A DNA stretch of 64,000 nt from Eledone cirrhosa. Its lineage: Eukaryota. Location: contig OZ024741.1 of NCBI GenBank assembly GCA_964016885.1, positions 72,540,001 to 72,604,000 on the forward strand, in the 5' to 3' direction. This document shows, one piece after another, positions 59,901 to 64,000 of this stretch (its first letter is position 1; each line of letters starts with the position of its first letter). The notes beneath the pieces were generated by a model that was given only the letters and a program-made list of their open reading frames with translations, made no database searches and was not told the DNA's origin. The position numbers and the translations under genes were made by a program.

Positions 59901-62900
59901 GTTGTTGTTGATAGTTTGTTGTTGTTACTTTAGTTGTTGTTGATAGTTTGTTGTTGTTGTTAGTTTAGTTGTTGTTGTTGTTAGTTTAGTTGTTGTTGAA
60001 ACTTTAGTTGTTGTTGTTACTTTAGTTGTTGCTGTTAGTTTAGTTGTTGTTGTTACTTTAGTTGTTGTTGATAGTTTAGTTGTTGTTGTTACTTTAGTTG
60101 TTGTTACGTAACATGTTGTTGTTACTTTAGTTGTTGTTGTTGTTGCTTTAGTTGTTGTTGATACTTTAGTTGTTGTTGTTACTTTAGTTGTTGATAGTTT
60201 TGTTGTTGTTGATAGTTTAGTTGTTGTTACTTTAGTTGTTGTTGTTACTTTCGTTGTTGTTGATACTTTAGTTGTTGTTGTTACCTTAGTTGTTGCTACT
60301 TTAGTTGTTGTTGTTACTGTAGTTGTTGTTGTTGGTTTAGTTGTTTTTGATAGTTTAGTTGTTGTTGATACTTTAGTTGTTGTTGTTACTTTAGTAGTTG
60401 TTGATAGTTTAGTTGTTTTTGATAGTTTAGTTGTTGTTACTTTAGTTGTTGTTGTTACTTTCGTTGTTGTTGATACTTTTGTTGTTGTTGTTCCTTTAGT
60501 TGTTTCTACTTTAGTTGTTGCTACTTTAGTTGTTGTTGATAATTTATTTGTTGTTACTTTAGTTGTTGTTGTTACTGTAGTTGTTGTTGTTACTTAGATT
60601 GTTGTTGCTACTTTAGTTGTTGTTATTACTTTCGTTGTTTTGTTGATACTTTAGTTGTCGTTGTTACTTTAGTTGTTGATACTTTAGTTGTTGCAACTTT
60701 AGTTGTTGCTGATAGTTTAGTTGCTGTTGTTGCTTTAGTTGTTTTTGATAGTTTAATTGTTGTTGCGACTTTAGTTGTTGTTGTTACTTTCGTTGTTTTG
60801 TTGATACTTTAGTTGTCGTTGTTACTTTAGTTGTTGATACTTTAGTTGTTGCAACTTTAGTTGTTGTTGATAGTTTAGTTGTTGTTGTTACTTTAGTTGT
60901 TGTTGATTGTTTAATTGTTGTTGTTACTTTAGTTGTTGCTACTTTAGTTGTTGTTGATAGTTTAGTTGTTGTTGTTACTTTAGTTGTTGTTGTTACTTAA
61001 GTTGTTGTTGTTACTTTAGTTGTTGTTGATAGTTAACTTGTTGTTGTTACTTTAGTTGTTGTTGATAGTTTAGTTGTTGTTGTTACTTTTTTGTTGCTGT
61101 TACTTTAGTTGTTGTTACTTTAGTTGTTGTTACTATAGTTGTTGTTGTTACTTTAGCTGTTGTTGATAGTTCAGGAGTTGTTGTTACTTTAGTTGTTGTT
61201 GTTACATTAGTTGTTGTTGATAGTTTAGTTGTTGTTGTTACTTTAGTTGTTGTTGATAGTTTAGTTGCTATTGTTATTTAGTTGTTGTTGTTATTTAGTT
61301 TTTGTTGTTACTTTAGTTATTGTTGATAGTTTAGTTGTTGTTGACATTTAATTGTTGTTGTTACTTTAGTTGTTGTTGTTACTTTAGTTGTTGTTGATAG
61401 TTTGTGGTTGTTGTTAGTTTAGTTGTTGTTGTTGTTAGTTTAGTTGTTGTTGAAACTTTAGTTGTTGTTGTTACTTTAGTTGTTGTTGTTAGTTTAGTTG
61501 TTGTTGTTACTTTAGCTGTTGTTGATAGTTTAGTTGTTGTTGTTACTTTAGTTGTTGTTGTTACTTTAGTTGTTGTTACTTTAGTTGTTGTTGTTACCTT
61601 AGTTCTTGTTGATAGTTTAGTTGTTGTTGTTACTTTTGTTGTTGTTGTTACTTTAGTTGTTGTTACTTTAATTGTTGTTACTTTAGTTGTTGTTGTTACT
61701 TTAGTTGTTGAAGTTACTTTAGTTGTTGTTACTTTAGTTGTTGTTACTTTAGTTGTTGTTGATACTTTAGTTGTTGTTGCTACTTTAGTTGTTGTTACTT
61801 TAGTCGTTGTTGATAGTTTAGTTGTTGTTGTTACTTTAGTTGTTGTTGTTACTTTAGTTGTTGTTGATAGTTTAGTTGTTGTTACTTTAGTTGTTGTTAC
61901 TTTAGTTGTTGTTGATAGTTTAGTTGTTGTTGTTACTTTAGTTGTTGTTACTTTAGTTGTTGTTGATAGTTCAGTTATTGTTACTTTAGTTGTTGTTACT
62001 TTAGTTGTTGTTGTTACTTTAGTTATTGTTGATAGTTTAGTTGTTGTTACTTTAGTTGTTGTTGTTACTTTAGTTGTTGATAGTTTAGTTGTTGTTGTTA
62101 CTTTAGTTGTTGTTGTTACTTTAGTTGTTGTTGTTACATTAGTTGTTACTTTAGTTGTTGTTGATAGTTTAGTTGTTGTTGTTACTTTAGTTGTTGTTGA
62201 TAGTTTAATTGTTGTTGTTACTTTAGTTGTTGTTACTTTAGTTGTTGTTGTTACTTTAGTTGTTGTTGTTACTTTAGTTGTTGTTGATAGTTTAGTTGTT
62301 GTTGTTACTTTAGTTGTTGTTGACAGTTTAGTTGTTGTTACTTTTTTGTTGCTGCTACTTTAGTTGTTGTTACTATAGTTGTTGTTGTTACTTTAGTTGT
62401 TGTTGATAGTTTAGTTGTTGTTGTTACTTTAGTTGTTGTTGTTACATTAGTTGTTGTTGATAGTTTAGTTGTTGTTGTTACTTTAGTTGTTGTTGATAGT
62501 TTAGTTGCTGTTGTTATTTAGTTGTTGTTGTTACTTTAGTTGTTGTTGTTACTTTAATTGTTGTTGATAGTTTAGTTGTTGTTGTTACATTAGTTGTTGT
62601 TGTTACGTTAGTTGTTGTTGGTAGTTTAGTTGTTGTTTTTATATAGTTGTTGTTGCTATTTAGTTTTTGTTGTTACTTTAGTTATTGTTGACAGTTTAGT
62701 TGTTGTTGTCATTTAGTTGTTGTTGTTACTTTAGTTGTTGTTGTTACTTTAGTTGTTTTTGATAGTTTAGTTGTTGTTGTTGTTTAGTTGTTGTTACTTT
62801 AGTTGTTGTTGATAGTTTAGTTGTTGTTGTTACTTTAGTTGTTGTTGTTACTTTAATTGTTGTTGATAGTTTAGTTGTTGTTACTTTAGTTGTTGTTGTT

Positions 62901-64000
62901 ACTTTAGTTGTTGATAGTTTCGTTGTTGTTGTTACTTTAGTTGTTGTTGTTACTTTAGTTGGTGTTGTTACTTTAGTTGTTGTTGATAGTTTAGTTGTTG
63001 TTGTTACTTTAGTTGTTGTTGATAGTTTAGTTGTTGTTACTTTTTTTGTTGTTGTTACTTTAGTTGTTGTTACTTTAGTTGTTGTTGTTACTTTAGTTGT
63101 TGTTACTTTAGTTGTTGTTACTTTAGTTGTTGTTGTTACTTTAGTTGTTGCTGATAGTTTAGTTGTTCTTGTTACTTTAGTTGTTTTTACTTATGTTGTT
63201 GTTGATAGTTTAGCTGTTGTTGTCATTTAGTTTTTGTTGTTACTTATGTTGTTGATGTTACTTTAGTTGTTGTTGCTTTAGTTGTTGTTGATAGTTTAGT
63301 TGTTGTTGTTACTTTAGTTGTTGTTACTTTAGTTGTTGTTGTTACCTTAGTTGTTGTTACTTTAGTTGTTGTTGTTACTTTAGTTGTTGTTGATATTTTA
63401 GTTACTGATGTTATTTTACTTGTTGTTGTTAGTTTAGATGTTGTTGATAGTTTAGTTGTTGTTGCTTTAGTCGTTGTTGATAGTTTAGTTGTTGTTGTTA
63501 CTTTAGTTGTTGTTACTTTAGTTGTTGTAGTTACTTTAGATATTGTTACTTTAGTTGTTGTTGTTACTTTAGTTGTTGTTACGTAATATGTTGTTGTTAC
63601 TTTAGTTGTTGTTGTTGTTACTTTAGTTGTTGTTGATACTTTAGTTGTTGTTTTTACTTTAGTTGTTGTTGATAGTTTTGTTGTTGTTGATAGTTTAGTT
63701 GTTGTTACTTTAGTTGTTGCTACTTTAGTTGCTGTTGTTGGTTTAGTTGTTTTTGTTAGTTTAGTTGTTGTTGTTACTTTAGATGTTGTTGTTACTTTAG
63801 TAGTTGTTGATAGTTTAGTTGTTGTTGATAGTTTAGTTGTTGTTACTTAAGTTGTTGTTGTTACTTTCGTTGTTGTTGATACTTTAGTTGTTGTTGTTAC
63901 TTTAGTTGTTGCTACTTTAGTTGTTGCTACTTTAGTTGTTGTTGATAGTTTAGTTGTTGTTACTTTAGTTGTTGTTGTTACTGTAGTTGTTGTTGTTACT
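50910..64000. repeat. >13-kb satellite of 15/18-nt units ACTTTA(GTT)3-4 and GATAGTTTA(GTT)n
   Basis: Seen directly. Continues past the end of the window. Confidence 0.97.

Noticed and set aside
61404-62363. 319-aa Val-rich ORF, or a Thr-rich mucin exon on the minus strand
   Set aside because: By-product of triplet-phased repeats. Recurrent frame-breaking units (ATTTAG, AGTTTGTT) are copied in the higher-order repeat.
51150-64000. Telomeric repeat (frequent TTAG, strong G/T strand bias)
   Set aside because: No TTAGGG or TTAGG array. Unit length varies and derives from (GTT)n.

Overview
AT-rich, repeat-saturated animal genomic DNA. The SINE families, microsatellite load and retroelement mix point to a cephalopod, probably Octopus (inference). 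I find no confidently identifiable host gene: almost every listed ORF is a retrotransposon fragment, its antisense shadow, or a microsatellite read-through. Contents: (i) two tRNA-derived SINE families; (ii) R4/Dong-like RLE LINE ends and a ~600-bp non-coding element, both sitting in (TATG)n; (iii) a head-to-tail Tx1-clade LINE array in (TATC)n, including an ORF1-only derivative; (iv) RTE fragments; (v) at least six Penelope-like elements (PLEs), one of which is intact except for a single frameshift at a G16 run; (vi) about 20 type I hammerhead ribozyme (HHR) motifs, canonical or variant, read directly from the sequence; (vii) a >13-kb (GTT)n-derived satellite with a ~5.5-kb higher-order duplication. 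The most interesting signal is a set of non-coding, highly self-complementary units that each carry a minimal HHR: a 466-bp tandem array at 37.9-39.6 kb, a ~313-bp unit at 26.5-27.0 kb and a relative at 31.0-31.4 kb. These look like retrozyme (ribozyme/circular-RNA retroelement) families lying among the PLEs that could mobilise them. All coordinates were read by eye and ends are approximate.
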